A stretch of DNA of 24,046 nt from a virus (Duplodnaviria; Caudoviricetes): positions 1-24,046 of IMG/VR virus record IMGVR_UViG_3300003873_000063, one strand, 5' to 3'. Shown in pieces: positions 9,701-18,370 of the stretch (position 1 is the first letter of the stretch; every line of letters begins with the position of its first letter). The notes under the pieces were generated by a model. That model ran no database searches and was not told the DNA's origin. It worked only from the letters and a program-made list of their open reading frames with translations. A program made the translations under genes and the position numbers.

Positions 9701-11328
9701 ACGTTTGCCAACGACGATGTGAACTCACTGCTTGCTGAATCAATCACCTTTTTAGCTTCGCTTTCAACTTCGTTTTGCAAATCGTCCGCAGCGTTCTGAT
9801 AATCATTGAACGACATCGCATTGTCACCCACACGAATATCATCCACCAGTTCGCTGTGGTACTCCGCAAGCGATGTAAGGTAAGCATCCATAGGGATAGT
9901 GACGTTTGAACCTGTCACGCTTGATTCTGCGAGCTGTGCGTAGACTTCGGGATGTGACTTCTCTAATGCTTGCGCAGCTTCGGGGTGACTTTGAAAAAAT
10001 GTGCCTGCATCTTCCGCACTTAGGCTGACTGATTCAGCATCCACATGTTCGACAAACTTGCGAAAAGATTCGCTATCCATTTTGGCGAGGTTTGTTTTTC
10101 CTGCCGTCTCAACCGCCGCATCCAGTGTTTGTTTGCCTTCGACTGCCTTCTGCCCTTCAATGATGTTCTCAACCGCTTTGCTTTCAATGTGTTTGCCAAG
10201 GCGTGAGATTAAATGCGATGAACCTGCAACCGAACCACCTGCAAGAAACCCACCAAAAGCAGAGCCAAACGAGCCTTCCAGTAAATCCTTGTGTGGCTCG
10301 TAGGTTATTTTTTCAGCAACGTTTTGATTCAGGTTCTGCAATAACTCTGTGCCAGTCTCACCCAAGGCAACTTTCAGCACATCCAAGCCGCTTATATCGT
10401 CTGTTTTTTTGTCACCAAGCAACTTTCCGATTTGTGGCACTTTACGGAATAAATCCAAGCCTACTTTCTCAAGCAAACCATTTATCAAGGCTGTCTGCCC
10501 AAATGCCTGCACACGCTGTTCAAGCGGAACATCTGTGCCGTGCTTCTGAGCATCGGCAATGCTATTTAACTCGCTTCCGCCTTCCATCGCCATCATGGGA
10601 GCCAGTCCGCCACCTGTTTTAATGGCGGCATAAAGAGATGGAATCGCGCTCGCCAAAGCCGTTGGCAACGCTTCGGGCTTGGATAAAACTTCCAACATAG
10701 GTGAAGCATCGCCGTTTAATAGGCTTTTGACTGCTGCATCGCCTTGCTTATTGATGTCATTCACATTCTGAAATGATGGTGAAATGTCGGTAAGTAAGCT
10801 GTTTAACTCGCTGTAACCTTCTGCCGCAGGTGTGATTGCCATACGGTAACCACTTGCAATCGTTTGTAAGCCACGCAATGGGTCAAACATCTTGGGTAAG
10901 CCAGTGGCGTTCTCTGTAAATCTTGCTGCAAGATGAAGCGCATCCTCCGCTGCTTGAGGTAGGCGCAATGTTCCTTCTGCCAATGATGCAGCCGATTTAA
11001 CAACCGCTGCCGCTGGCGTAAGTGTGCGCTCCAATGCGCTAAGATGGTGAACATCATCAATGGATATGGCGGCATTGCGATATTTGCTTAACCAATCATG
11101 CGTTTTGGGTGATTCGACTTTCAGCTTGGGCAAATCGATGTTCTGCTTTCGCTTGAACGACAATGCCTTATCACGGTTGCGTGTGACAAAGCCAAAGTCC
11201 AAACCTGTCTCATCGGCAAGCTTGCCATCCTCAATCGCCTTTTTTGGCTCAAGTTGCGAAGCAAGGTGGATATTCGACTCTTGGGTATCAGGTAATGTTT
11301 GTTCGTCGTTACTGTTTAATAAGCCCAT
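3727..11328 (-). CDS. Giant internal virion / DNA-ejection polyvalent protein (two ART-like domains plus zincin metallopeptidase)
   Basis: 2533 aa in the T7 gp16 / BPP-1 large internal protein position. LPD22-like N-terminus (by recollection); two KWFG..VVD..G.P.VVYHGT...F.P.QIKS domains; HEMGH zincin motif with a downstream HEKTAEAFERY; hydrophobic C-terminal segments. Confidence 0.85.
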   Translation of the reverse strand: MGLLNSNDEQTLPDTQESNIHLASQLEPKKAIEDGKLADETGLDFGFVTRNRDKALSFKRKQNIDLPKLKVESPKTHDWLSKYRNAAISIDDVHHLSALERTLTPAAAVVKSAASLAEGTLRLPQAAEDALHLAARFTENATGLPKMFDPLRGLQTIASGYRMAITPAAEGYSELNSLLTDISPSFQNVNDINKQGDAAVKSLLNGDASPMLEVLSKPEALPTALASAIPSLYAAIKTGGGLAPMMAMEGGSELNSIADAQKHGTDVPLEQRVQAFGQTALINGLLEKVGLDLFRKVPQIGKLLGDKKTDDISGLDVLKVALGETGTELLQNLNQNVAEKITYEPHKDLLEGSFGSAFGGFLAGGSVAGSSHLISRLGKHIESKAVENIIEGQKAVEGKQTLDAAVETAGKTNLAKMDSESFRKFVEHVDAESVSLSAEDAGTFFQSHPEAAQALEKSHPEVYAQLAESSVTGSNVTIPMDAYLTSLAEYHSELVDDIRVGDNAMSFNDYQNAADDLQNEVESEAKKVIDSASSEFTSSLANVKSSFLQSLNDAGRFSKDVNEKYAALNTNIVATLAHRTGMQPEEFAKKYKLIATTPEYSQVQQAERAGYVDQLIYKMRSDTLPSDSEVYGDSLIEFLRSKGGIQNQGGELSARDINQATGKKFKKNLMSDKGLTLDGAAELAAEAGYIDERDINKMLDAIDSEVQGEPVYSPFDTNHELEQQLKDAYDIQQKIGNKDLGNMSNADIQALLGEGDYYQSQAKEYGITEEEARKQYEDVVAKYKDTDQWMKAPNGEPTKLNERQWVQTRTPAFKKWFGDWEKAPDKASKVVDENGEPLVVYHGTNKDFDRFKGDIHFFTRYEETADIYARIGGNIIPAFINSKTPFDTREPDAEDIFDSGFYRQWGNGAPLDPSDNLPDWSDAEDFKEFFDENEYPYDSVYIHEPQGNESLAVFNPNQIKSATGNTGQFDAKNDNILYQSGNAHKPLVAEAELEGKSTKEQLALLDAAYPQEASQLEGRRHVVRLIKLKRLNKTGSMEQQEAEDTLTKRIKVAEDPKETAFKKWFGNSVVVDDKGKPKVVYHGTGAKVTDSFIFDYSRLGEHGTSEGAGFYFTENGEIADSYNNDGSTLDVYLSIKKPLAYDADGFSHHELKKILKAFAKSEAEQDEMDIEDGFLSNYADVRRTGIDAAISDAADSLMGVKAIDQIGSLIINNTDTEIINRAVYDVTGYDGIVSDGFANQGGDKIYVAFFPEQIKSTKAIKYDSSNPDIFFQKHLGSIQFPQGELDSAPSIINIMESANLSTVIHEMGHFYFEVMNHIATQPDAPKGVVDDMNTLLDFAGVESIESWNMMSIEERRAAHEKTAEAFERYIMEGKAPSRKLRELFQTLKSWMLTAYRGITNKHAINDDVRAVFDRMVASEDEIAQAQKDLQAFAMFESAEDAGMTDAEYADYLKQQEQLKATAEDALSGDMIHDMQWLEGAQNKALKALQREQASKRRAMKEEVTADIYAQPVYQAWHLLTKGTLPNGELPDGITAAKFNTNDLKGMYGKDADALWHAIPNNMKSKDGIHPDIVAAWFGFNSGDDLILKITSSPKPQDAIKNETEKRLLERYGTIKDGEQLKVAAMEALHNQAHEKMLRTEYKAMNKIVGKQDKLNRKAVSDYAAAKIGSMNVGAIKPYQFLAAERKAAKASSIAFGKGDVEEAAKQKRIQIIQRALYSAANKAVKEKESIERYLKGFERKAVRRKLEASYLDQVKELLNKYDFRKATQKDVNTREGLIDWMLREKTRTGVEPQIPSKVLMRAKKIHYTKVSMDELRALKTAVKEIDYYGRFKKKLLDAKHDRELADAVNDAVLSMTENNELDFSEVPYNKSLVGNLMDGAAKKGSALLNVEMLIRRLDGDKLGGLWHTLFLPLSEASDRALARKAEAAKYFRELIQSTYGVKERARMSGVGAKIYKIDGIKGGLTKEQIITFAMNYGNAEGRNRLEHGNKFTDAQLQQMFSHIESKDIAFMEAMWRYSDENIWDDLAKLERDIHGEAPEKVEAMPFEINGVKVRGGYFPLKYDRQRGEIEKNLDDKKALEDFTNGFTSRAATKQGAAKDRVENLGAAVRSDLGVFAEGINDAIHDVEMRRAVIDANRIIHDKSFAKTFKAAAGNHPYDLLKPWLQDIAVPPEAPQDGISKWVAKTRSNSAVVAMGLSFKTAWVNLSGILQSMDANDVGAGRIAWWNAKLAANPTHWKKQMAFITARSPYMKTRAAAFDRDVQESMRSMSVRGTLTPKSSSYFYLLSLSDKAVAVPTWMAAYEKAMAENGNDEVKAVQFADHTIRSTQGSGRDIDLSMIQRGKPGNRELYKAFTMFYSYFNTTLNRNIRAVHLLKKNGIKGTPQFIASMMFINILPAIIGAYMSGYGPDDDEEWFGWAALEVAKFGTGQLPFVRDIAGYYANQVADKFTYMSLRATPLEGAFQEMFMGPYRVASDLIDGEADEKTLKEGILSTGYWFGLPSRQIWRTSEHLIHTMDGTSDFSPVDLLMGESHHK

Positions 11329-12898
11329 TTTTCACCAATTCATCGTATTGTTTTTTCATATTCTCATCGCTTGCATCTATGCCGCTATCGCTCAACAACT
11401 TGGCAACCATCGCCGTGTATTCAGGTGGTACACCTTCGGCTTTTAAGTTTGCCACCTTGGTATGGGTATCAATTCCGAATAAGTTGCCTGTCACAACTTC
11501 ACTCTCAAGAAAGTTTGAAAACTTTTGAACTTCATCATGGCTTGGTGTGTGTCCGAGTTCGACCTGCCATTGGTGCAACTCTTTGTAGACACGCCCTTTG
11601 CCTTCATCATTAAGCTTCATGCGCTTCATCATACCATTGATGATGGTGCGATTGCCGATGATGTCTTTGATAGGTTTGTGCTGCTTCTTAATGTAGCCTG
11701 CTATGGTATCTGCGGTCAGAAGGTGTGAATACTCAAGCAAATTGGCATTTCTGAATTGTTCGGGAGTCATGCTTTCAATCTGGGCAATCGCCCGATTATC
11801 ATCGACTGCAACTTTGCCGCCTTGTGCAGCAAGTTTCTCCAATGCAATTTTTGTCTTGGGGTTCATGGCATTCAGTGTGGCAATAGATACTTTGCCGCCA
11901 TTGGCAACCGCCTGCCATCCTTCCATATCCGCATCGCTACGAGTGCGCGCTTCCAGTGTCCTGCGCTCATTGATGCGCGATTTTACCTCGGCAACCGCCT
12001 TCTTGCGCACTTCCTCATCTTTGGTGTTGCGAGCTGCTGCAATCATATCGGCATCGTTGCCGCCTTTGTCGATGATGCTTGCTGCCAAGATGGATGATTT
12101 CTCTTTGACCATGCCTTCATGGATGCTTGATTTCATTTGCTCACGCGCATGCATGGTCATCTCACCTTTATGCTGCTTAAAATAACTCTCCGCATAATGA
12201 GGGTTGTTGGCATCAAGCGATGCTATAATCACAGACGAATGGGCAGGAGATAGCGTTTTAATCAACTCAACCTGTGTTTGTTCAGGCGACCATCCGAGGA
12301 TATGCGCAGTGTTCTGAACGGATGCAACAATCGCCCCATGTGCTTCTGCAAGCTTTTCAGGGTCGTGTGGCGCAAGTGTCATTTGATTGCGTGCCAACTC
12401 GGCAGTGCTTTTCTCAACATCAAGCCGATATTTACGATGCTCTTGCAACACATGGTTATCAACCCGACCAAGCAATGCCGTTTTACGCTGCATGGCAATT
12501 TCTTTCAGCATGGCTTTCTGATGGTCGTTGCCCAAATCCTTAGAAATATCTGCAACGTGTTTGTCGTATGCTGTACCGACATGTTCTTGTAGTGATTTCT
12601 TATCGGGCATAAACAAGGCATTTTCGCCACGCAAGTTTAGAAAACCATTCTCCCCATACTCTGCATCATGCTCAAATCCAACCAAATCATTTTCAGCTTT
12701 CTTTACTCGTGTGAGGTTGGCTTCCTGCTGCATCTGCGTTGCGATACTGCTCATTTCTTGGCTTAGACCAGTTGTTGCATTGCCAAGTGCTTGCGCCTGT
12801 TTTGCTGCTGAATTTTGAAAGGTTGGGGCGGCTACTTGCGTATTAGGACGGCTTGCCTTGCCAACTTGATAATTATCATAGGTAGGTACGGTTGCCAT
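11309..12898 (-). CDS. Internal virion (ejection) protein, gp15-position
   Basis: 529 aa, helical, MATVPTYD start typical of this position; lies between the small internal protein and the giant protein; 20-nt overlap with the downstream gene. Confidence 0.7.
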   Translation of the reverse strand: MATVPTYDNYQVGKASRPNTQVAAPTFQNSAAKQAQALGNATTGLSQEMSSIATQMQQEANLTRVKKAENDLVGFEHDAEYGENGFLNLRGENALFMPDKKSLQEHVGTAYDKHVADISKDLGNDHQKAMLKEIAMQRKTALLGRVDNHVLQEHRKYRLDVEKSTAELARNQMTLAPHDPEKLAEAHGAIVASVQNTAHILGWSPEQTQVELIKTLSPAHSSVIIASLDANNPHYAESYFKQHKGEMTMHAREQMKSSIHEGMVKEKSSILAASIIDKGGNDADMIAAARNTKDEEVRKKAVAEVKSRINERRTLEARTRSDADMEGWQAVANGGKVSIATLNAMNPKTKIALEKLAAQGGKVAVDDNRAIAQIESMTPEQFRNANLLEYSHLLTADTIAGYIKKQHKPIKDIIGNRTIINGMMKRMKLNDEGKGRVYKELHQWQVELGHTPSHDEVQKFSNFLESEVVTGNLFGIDTHTKVANLKAEGVPPEYTAMVAKLLSDSGIDASDENMKKQYDELVKNGLIKQ

Positions 12899-13428
12899 TA
12901 TGAAACCTGCTTGCTGTATTTATACCAAGAATCTGCCACACCCTTTGCGCCGCCAAGCAAAGATGTGGTTGCCGAACTCATAGGACTGATGCTTGAAGCA
13001 TTGGCACGGCTCATCGCAGCTTGGCTTGATTGATTGCTGCTCTGCATCCTATAACCCCATGCCGATTGCAGTGCATTGAGTTCGATATTCTTCTTATCCA
13101 CCTGCTTCATAATATCCGTTGAAGCTTGAATCTCTGCCGCATTACCCACGCCCAAATCAATGCCATGAGCTGCCATGCTTGCACGTTGCTTGCTCTTGAG
13201 TTGACCTGCTTTCAACGTTAATGCTGCAACCTGTTGATTACCTTTGGCTAACTCACCTTGTGCTACAAACTCGGATTGCCGTGCGTTGATGTCTGCAATT
13301 TTCGCTTGGAAGTTGAGTGCCGATGCTTGGCTTCTTGATTGTGAGTAAGCCCCATAAGCTGACCCTACCACCCCTGCAACCTGCCCATAGATGGATGCTT
13401 TTTGCATCATACTAAAATCTTGCCACAT
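12898..13428 (-). CDS. Internal virion protein (gp14-like)
   Basis: Probable start MWQDFS at 13428 (SD GGAGG) rather than 13524; Ala/Gln/Ser-rich, hydrophobic N-terminus, QRASMAAHGIDLGVG motif typical of podovirus small ejection proteins. Confidence 0.75.
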   Translation of the reverse strand: MWQDFSMMQKASIYGQVAGVVGSAYGAYSQSRSQASALNFQAKIADINARQSEFVAQGELAKGNQQVAALTLKAGQLKSKQRASMAAHGIDLGVGNAAEIQASTDIMKQVDKKNIELNALQSAWGYRMQSSNQSSQAAMSRANASSISPMSSATTSLLGGAKGVADSWYKYSKQVS

Positions 13429-13430
13429 CC

Positions 13431-15968
13431 TTAACCTCCAAACACTGCTTCTAGCGTTAATCCAACAAGTGATACTGGCAATGGGTTGGATTGCCTGATA
13501 AAGACTTGCCCTGTCTTTCCCCATTGGGCATTCAATACAATCTCAAGTTCATCGCTCTTAAATGATGGAGCCGTGCCGTAAGGCTCATTGGAGCGTACCT
13601 TCATTTCAGTAAGTGATGCTGCATCCTGCCCAACAAAGACACTGCCACTGCGATACACACGCAACCATGCCCTGTTAATTTGCTTCATACGCCCCTGCGC
13701 CATCGCACCATCAATCTGCGCTGCTGCTGGCAAAGTCTGAATATCCGAGATGATGGGCAAACCGACGGTCACCACTGATGCAGGGCTTGGTAATGTGATG
13801 GAGCCAGTGGCTGAAACAACCTGTGGCGCGACCACTGCGCCATCCGCCAAGATATTGACTGTCTCACCAATAAGATGCGTTAAACCTGAAATTGTTGTTG
13901 CTGGCACACCTCGATATGTCATACCTGAATCCACAAAGAACGCATCCGATTGATTGGTGAATAGTCTCGGTGCCATGCGTTCAATATAACGCTTCTGAAC
14001 GCCGCCAATGGTTCGATTGACCACCACATACAATCTATCATCAAGCCCTTCGGCGACCGTGGTGCATGATTCAAACGTGCCATTGATGGTGTCATGCTGA
14101 TGCCATGCGCCAACTTTCTGCTCGGGAATATAGGTCAAACCGATAAGCTTGCCTGATGTGGAAACAAACCACACAAGGGGATGCGGTGCTTTTGCATAGG
14201 TTGCATCGACAATATCGTAATTATCGAACAAATGCGTTGCCCGAAGTGATAAATCGCCAGTCAAATACCCATTCGCTTGCCATTGATATGCCATTTCACG
14301 CACATGCCCACCTCTTGCGGCAACATAAATCACGGAGTTGTTTATCACCAAAGGCGGAACATCTGATGCACCAACATAGGATTGTGGCTTCACATTGATG
14401 GTGGTGGGTGTGAGTGCATCCGAGTTCATGGATGTCACACGCCATTCCGCCGAGCTGGTGAGTAATACAAGCTGCTGCAATGGCACAATATGACGAATGG
14501 TGTTTGCTTCGCGTGCTGCCACTCGAAATGAGATCCTATCGTCGGCTCGCACTGGCAATGAATATGCCATAGTCGATTCTGTGCCGCTTTTGGTCATCCA
14601 TATCTGTTGTGGCTTGGTTATCGTCCCTGCAAATACACGCCGTTGCTCATAATAACTGGCAGTCGATGGATAATTGATGCCTGATAATGTGACTGCGCCC
14701 AATACTGCACCTGTACCGCCTGCGGCATTGCTAATAGTGACGGTTGGGGCTGTGTAGTTGATACCTGGTGAAACCACGCGAATGGCAGAAATCGCACCAC
14801 CTGCCACCTCGGCACTTAATACTGCGCCTGTGCCTGTGGCATCGGTAACAGTCAAAGCGACCGTCTGAAAGCTTGTTACCGTCAAGGTGACCGCGCCGAC
14901 GACTGCCCCTGTCCCATTGCCTGTGATAGTGATTGTTGGTGTAGCTGAATATCCTGCCCCACCATTGGTCACATTGATTGCGGTAATTACCCCGCCTGTA
15001 ATGACTGCTGTTGCTACAGCTCCACTACCTGTTGCATCTGTGATACTTACTGTCGCATTCGTGTATAACGTGCCACCTGCTTGCACTGCAATCGATGTAA
15101 TCGCTCTGCCTGATGGCGCAGTGTTATATCCTGTACCCCCTGCCGTTACTGCAATCGATGCTATACCATTAGGAACGAACGAATAATCATAAATAGGCGG
15201 CACCTGAGCCATATCCGATGCGATGTTGTCATCAAGGTATGATGCACCTGTGGTGCTGCCAATGTAACCATAAGCACCTGCTTGGTACTTGTAGATATTA
15301 TACCTGATTGCACCTACGGATGCAGTCCATGTGATGGTATTGCTTGCGCCAGTGGTGAAAATATTGTTTTTACACGTAGCCACACCGCTTGGTTCCGACT
15401 CTGAAATACCATCTGCTGCAATCGCTGTTACCACATACGAATAATCATACGTCACGCCTGCACCACTTGATGTGGCAGTCACTGTTGCAGGAGCAAGAAT
15501 AGGTGGGTAAAAATTTACTGCGACAAAACGCCAGTCCAATGCTGCATAACGCCGCAATTCCATCGGCGGATGGTTGGGATGCGTCATGGTCACAACATCG
15601 CCCGACTGAACATATTTCACAGCATCCAATTCTACTTCAAGGTATGTGTTGGTGATTTCATACGGCACAGCCCCATTCATCAATGTTGCGCCATTGGTGT
15701 GAAATCTGAAATATCCTGCGCCCATCTCAATGACCATAGTCTGCGTGGTTGAGTAAGTGAATGGGATGAGATGCACTCTTAACGCCGAGTTTTTGACCTC
15801 TGCAACAAACTCAAAGCCTGCACGGTTCTCAACCATACCCTGTGGAGTGGGGATAAAATTTCTGCACAAAGCAAGTCCTGACTGTCTTTTAGGGTCTGCA
15901 AGGCGCGCATACATATCATGGCTTATCTCGCCGCCTGCAAACGATTGCTGAAAGGTCTTGATTGCCAT
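13431..15968 (-). CDS. Tail tubular protein B (nozzle) with inserted repeat domain
   Basis: Start MAIKTFQQSFAGGEIS at 15968 (TAATG coupling). SFAGGEIS, NFIPTPQG..NRAG, YVQSGDV, YPS..YYEQRRVFAG and AWHQHD motifs of T7 gp12 / P22 gp10-like nozzles. Confidence 0.88.
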   Translation of the reverse strand: MAIKTFQQSFAGGEISHDMYARLADPKRQSGLALCRNFIPTPQGMVENRAGFEFVAEVKNSALRVHLIPFTYSTTQTMVIEMGAGYFRFHTNGATLMNGAVPYEITNTYLEVELDAVKYVQSGDVVTMTHPNHPPMELRRYAALDWRFVAVNFYPPILAPATVTATSSGAGVTYDYSYVVTAIAADGISESEPSGVATCKNNIFTTGASNTITWTASVGAIRYNIYKYQAGAYGYIGSTTGASYLDDNIASDMAQVPPIYDYSFVPNGIASIAVTAGGTGYNTAPSGRAITSIAVQAGGTLYTNATVSITDATGSGAVATAVITGGVITAINVTNGGAGYSATPTITITGNGTGAVVGAVTLTVTSFQTVALTVTDATGTGAVLSAEVAGGAISAIRVVSPGINYTAPTVTISNAAGGTGAVLGAVTLSGINYPSTASYYEQRRVFAGTITKPQQIWMTKSGTESTMAYSLPVRADDRISFRVAAREANTIRHIVPLQQLVLLTSSAEWRVTSMNSDALTPTTINVKPQSYVGASDVPPLVINNSVIYVAARGGHVREMAYQWQANGYLTGDLSLRATHLFDNYDIVDATYAKAPHPLVWFVSTSGKLIGLTYIPEQKVGAWHQHDTINGTFESCTTVAEGLDDRLYVVVNRTIGGVQKRYIERMAPRLFTNQSDAFFVDSGMTYRGVPATTISGLTHLIGETVNILADGAVVAPQVVSATGSITLPSPASVVTVGLPIISDIQTLPAAAQIDGAMAQGRMKQINRAWLRVYRSGSVFVGQDAASLTEMKVRSNEPYGTAPSFKSDELEIVLNAQWGKTGQVFIRQSNPLPVSLVGLTLEAVFGG

Positions 15969-16633
15969 TAGCGAACAGACAACCAAGGCACATTTTGTTG
16001 AACAACATCATCCGAATTGTTGGCATCGATGGTTTTTGCCTGATTTAGATAAACATTCGCCATCGCCAAACACCGTTTTGCTTCCGCCGCACCTTCCTTA
16101 CCCTTGATGATTGAACCTGCAATCAATGAGGCAAGATGCCATGATAAAGCCATCGTAAACATGGGGGAGAACTTTGCTGTGTCTGTGACCCGCACTGTGT
16201 ATCGAGCTGTAGCGTTTTGCTGGTTGGTGTAAATCAACTCGTTACCGTTGGCATCCACCTCCATGATGAAGGGTTGCGTGGTATAAACGCCATAAGTTGT
16301 AAGCGATGGAACAGTTGGATTGTAAGGGTCAATCACCACTGGGGTGCTGTAATCGTTGTTAGCATTGTTCGCATGAATCGCCAATACACGTAATGCATTG
16401 ACAGGCTTGGCATAAGCATATTTCCATTCAGGGATAACTGCCGTGAGCAATGCAAGTGTTGCACGAGCCGATGCGAAGCTCCATGCGTGAGATTCGAGCA
16501 ATGTGTCACGCGCAATGGGAAACAATGTCTTGCACGTTTGAGCTTGAACGCTTTGCTCTGTTAAGCTGACTATATTGGCGATGTCCCCGATGTGAGCCAA
16601 AGCCATATTGCTAATATCAACATCTGATGCCAT
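15968..16633 (-). CDS. Tail tubular protein A (adaptor / gatekeeper)
   Basis: MASDVDISNMALAHIG, ARDTLLESHAWSFA, WKYAYAKP and FSPMFTMALSWHLAS are typical of T7 gp11-like adaptors; synteny agrees. Confidence 0.88.
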   Translation of the reverse strand: MASDVDISNMALAHIGDIANIVSLTEQSVQAQTCKTLFPIARDTLLESHAWSFASARATLALLTAVIPEWKYAYAKPVNALRVLAIHANNANNDYSTPVVIDPYNPTVPSLTTYGVYTTQPFIMEVDANGNELIYTNQQNATARYTVRVTDTAKFSPMFTMALSWHLASLIAGSIIKGKEGAAEAKRCLAMANVYLNQAKTIDANNSDDVVQQNVPWLSVR

Positions 16634-16646
16634 CCATAACCACCTT

Positions 16647-16672
16647 AAAAGAACAAGAGGGGTTGCCCCCTC
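16647..16672 (-). terminator. Rho-independent terminator after the head genes
   Basis: GAGGGG-GCAA-CCCCTC (6-bp stem, GNRA loop) followed by TTGTTCTTTT on the minus strand. Confidence 0.8.
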
Positions 16673-16687
16673 AAGTCCGTTTTTTCT

Positions 16688-16852
16688 TTATTCTTTTGCT
16701 TTTGCCGTAGGTTTTACTTCACGGATGTTTCCCGAAGGCTTGAACTCTTTCGGGAATGCCGCTTCAAATTCCTCACCTGCCTTCACCATTCGGTTTTCGT
16801 GTGAAATCCAAATATCTTCTTCGCAGACATAGCGTTTGACTGGTTGATACAT
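16688..16852 (-). CDS. Small hypothetical protein (54 aa) in the head module
   Basis: Below the ORF-track cutoff. SD TAAGGAG; MYQPVKRYVCEEDIWISHENRMVKAGEEFEAAFPKEFKPSGNIREVKPTAKAKE; fills the gap between the cement gene and the terminator. Confidence 0.8.
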   Translation of the reverse strand: MYQPVKRYVCEEDIWISHENRMVKAGEEFEAAFPKEFKPSGNIREVKPTAKAKE

Positions 16853-16863
16853 ATTTCAGCTCC

Positions 16864-17319
16864 TTAAAGGACGGTAAATCCGCCTGGGTAGATTTTGTTG
16901 CTGCCATTCGCTGATTCATCGGTGATGTAAGCGGTGAATGCACCTGCGGTTAAAGGACCAGTTGCCACAGTGTAGCGAACGCCCAAATAACGCTGACCAA
17001 TAGGCAATGAGGTCAATGCCGATTGATTCAGGCAAATGGAGATAGGAACACGCCCTGCCGCCAAATCTGCAACAGGGATAGCTCCACTTGATGCAATCAC
17101 AGTCGGTGCAGTAAGTGTTGGTGCTGCCGAGGTAATCACTTCAAAAGATACGGTTGCCAAGCCTGCCGCCGCCGCTGCCACATCCACGGCGAACTGCGCA
17201 TAAACATCCTCACCTGCGCCAATATCCCGAACGACCGTCAAATCGACGGTGTTTGTTGACACAGCCGATACCGTGACTGGCTGTGCTAACGATAATTCCA
17301 ATAGTGCATCTGTAATCAT
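16864..17319 (-). CDS. Capsid cement / decoration protein (BPP-1 Bbp16-like)
   Basis: Start MITDALLELS at 17319 (SD AGGAG). STNTVDL..RDIGAGE and RYLGVRYTVATGPLTAG motifs; directly after the major capsid gene. Confidence 0.85.
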   Translation of the reverse strand: MITDALLELSLAQPVTVSAVSTNTVDLTVVRDIGAGEDVYAQFAVDVAAAAAGLATVSFEVITSAAPTLTAPTVIASSGAIPVADLAAGRVPISICLNQSALTSLPIGQRYLGVRYTVATGPLTAGAFTAYITDESANGSNKIYPGGFTVL

Positions 17320-17329
17320 GGTAAGCTCC

Positions 17330-18349
17330 TTATACCACTGGTGTTTCGGCAGTGCCGAGTTGGTCAACTGTACGAACTGGAATACCCATAAACTCAAGTT
17401 GACGCATATTTGTACCGAATTGAGTTAGACCTTCTTTGATACCCAATGCGTTTTGTGATTTTTCCAAAGCTTGAATCATCAATCCTTCTTGGATGGTGCG
17501 GTTGGTATAGAATGCTGCACGACCCATTGAGAAGTTTGGAATACGAGCAATCGCACGAAGCATCATCTTGATGACATTGGTTGCCGCCGTTGGTGCTTGC
17601 GTACCTGTCACACCCACAAAATCAGCTACATTGATGTTCGCAATACGAGCGGCATAACGCCAATCTTTCACAACCAAACCGCCATCCCATTGGAATAGTG
17701 ATTGCATGGATTGATAAGGGTTGCCATTGGCATCAAACGCTTGGATTTCACCGAGGTCACGAGTGGATAAGCCAGCTTTTGAGCCTTTAGGGAATGGGCA
17801 GAATACTGTTTGCTCACCCCAAACGACCAAATAAATGGACGCATTGTTTGCACCAACACCACCTGCTTTTAGAACATTCTGACCATTGCCAGCCAATGTT
17901 GAGCTGTAGCGCGTTGCTAAACCTGTGAACGATTTAACATTTGCACCGACATTGCCGTTGAAGATTGTGCCAGTCATATTCTGACCCATCGCTTCAATAA
18001 ATGGCGTTTCTTCGGACAATCGGAATGCCGCACTGTTACCATTCAACTGCAACAACTTCGCATCAATCTGTGAACGCGCTTCCATCATTGCGCACGGTTC
18101 AGTGATTTGAGCTGTGGTTGATTTGCTGGATGGAACACCTTGGTTATATGAACGCCAATAAACCGCAGGTAAGCCAGTACGCACAGTGACAACATGGCTT
18201 GTGGCTTGGTTTGCTTCATGCCACACGACATCTTCAAGAATATCGTTTTGCTGTGAAAGCAATTCGGCAATAGGGTCAATCTTCCCCTCGCCACTTAATC
18301 GTTTTGAAAAATCAGCAAGCGTTAGCTGACCTGCTCCTAATAGTGCCAT
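17330..18349 (-). CDS. Major capsid protein (HK97 fold, BPP-1 Bbp17-like)
   Basis: LTLADFSKR, IAELLSQQNDILED, TVRTGLP..WRSYNQGV, SIYLVVWG, FPKGSKAGL and DWRYAARIANI motifs; strong SD GGAGGTG. Confidence 0.93.
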   Translation of the reverse strand: MALLGAGQLTLADFSKRLSGEGKIDPIAELLSQQNDILEDVVWHEANQATSHVVTVRTGLPAVYWRSYNQGVPSSKSTTAQITEPCAMMEARSQIDAKLLQLNGNSAAFRLSEETPFIEAMGQNMTGTIFNGNVGANVKSFTGLATRYSSTLAGNGQNVLKAGGVGANNASIYLVVWGEQTVFCPFPKGSKAGLSTRDLGEIQAFDANGNPYQSMQSLFQWDGGLVVKDWRYAARIANINVADFVGVTGTQAPTAATNVIKMMLRAIARIPNFSMGRAAFYTNRTIQEGLMIQALEKSQNALGIKEGLTQFGTNMRQLEFMGIPVRTVDQLGTAETPVV

Positions 18350-18370
18350 GTTGACACCTCCTTTTTAGAT

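Noticed and set aside
16729-16756. 8-bp inverted repeat TTCCCGAA-N12-TTCGGGAA in the 54-aa ORF
   Set aside because: Single occurrence, long loop, no U tract; cannot be distinguished from chance.
17319-17397. Possible capsid-cement fusion by programmed frameshift (cement frame is open 26 codons into the capsid gene)
   Set aside because: It would need a +1/-2 shift, no slippery sequence is visible, and the cement gene has its own strong SD.
18144-18153. Near match GTTCATATAA in the capsid gene
   Set aside because: Mismatched, coding, and no downstream -10.
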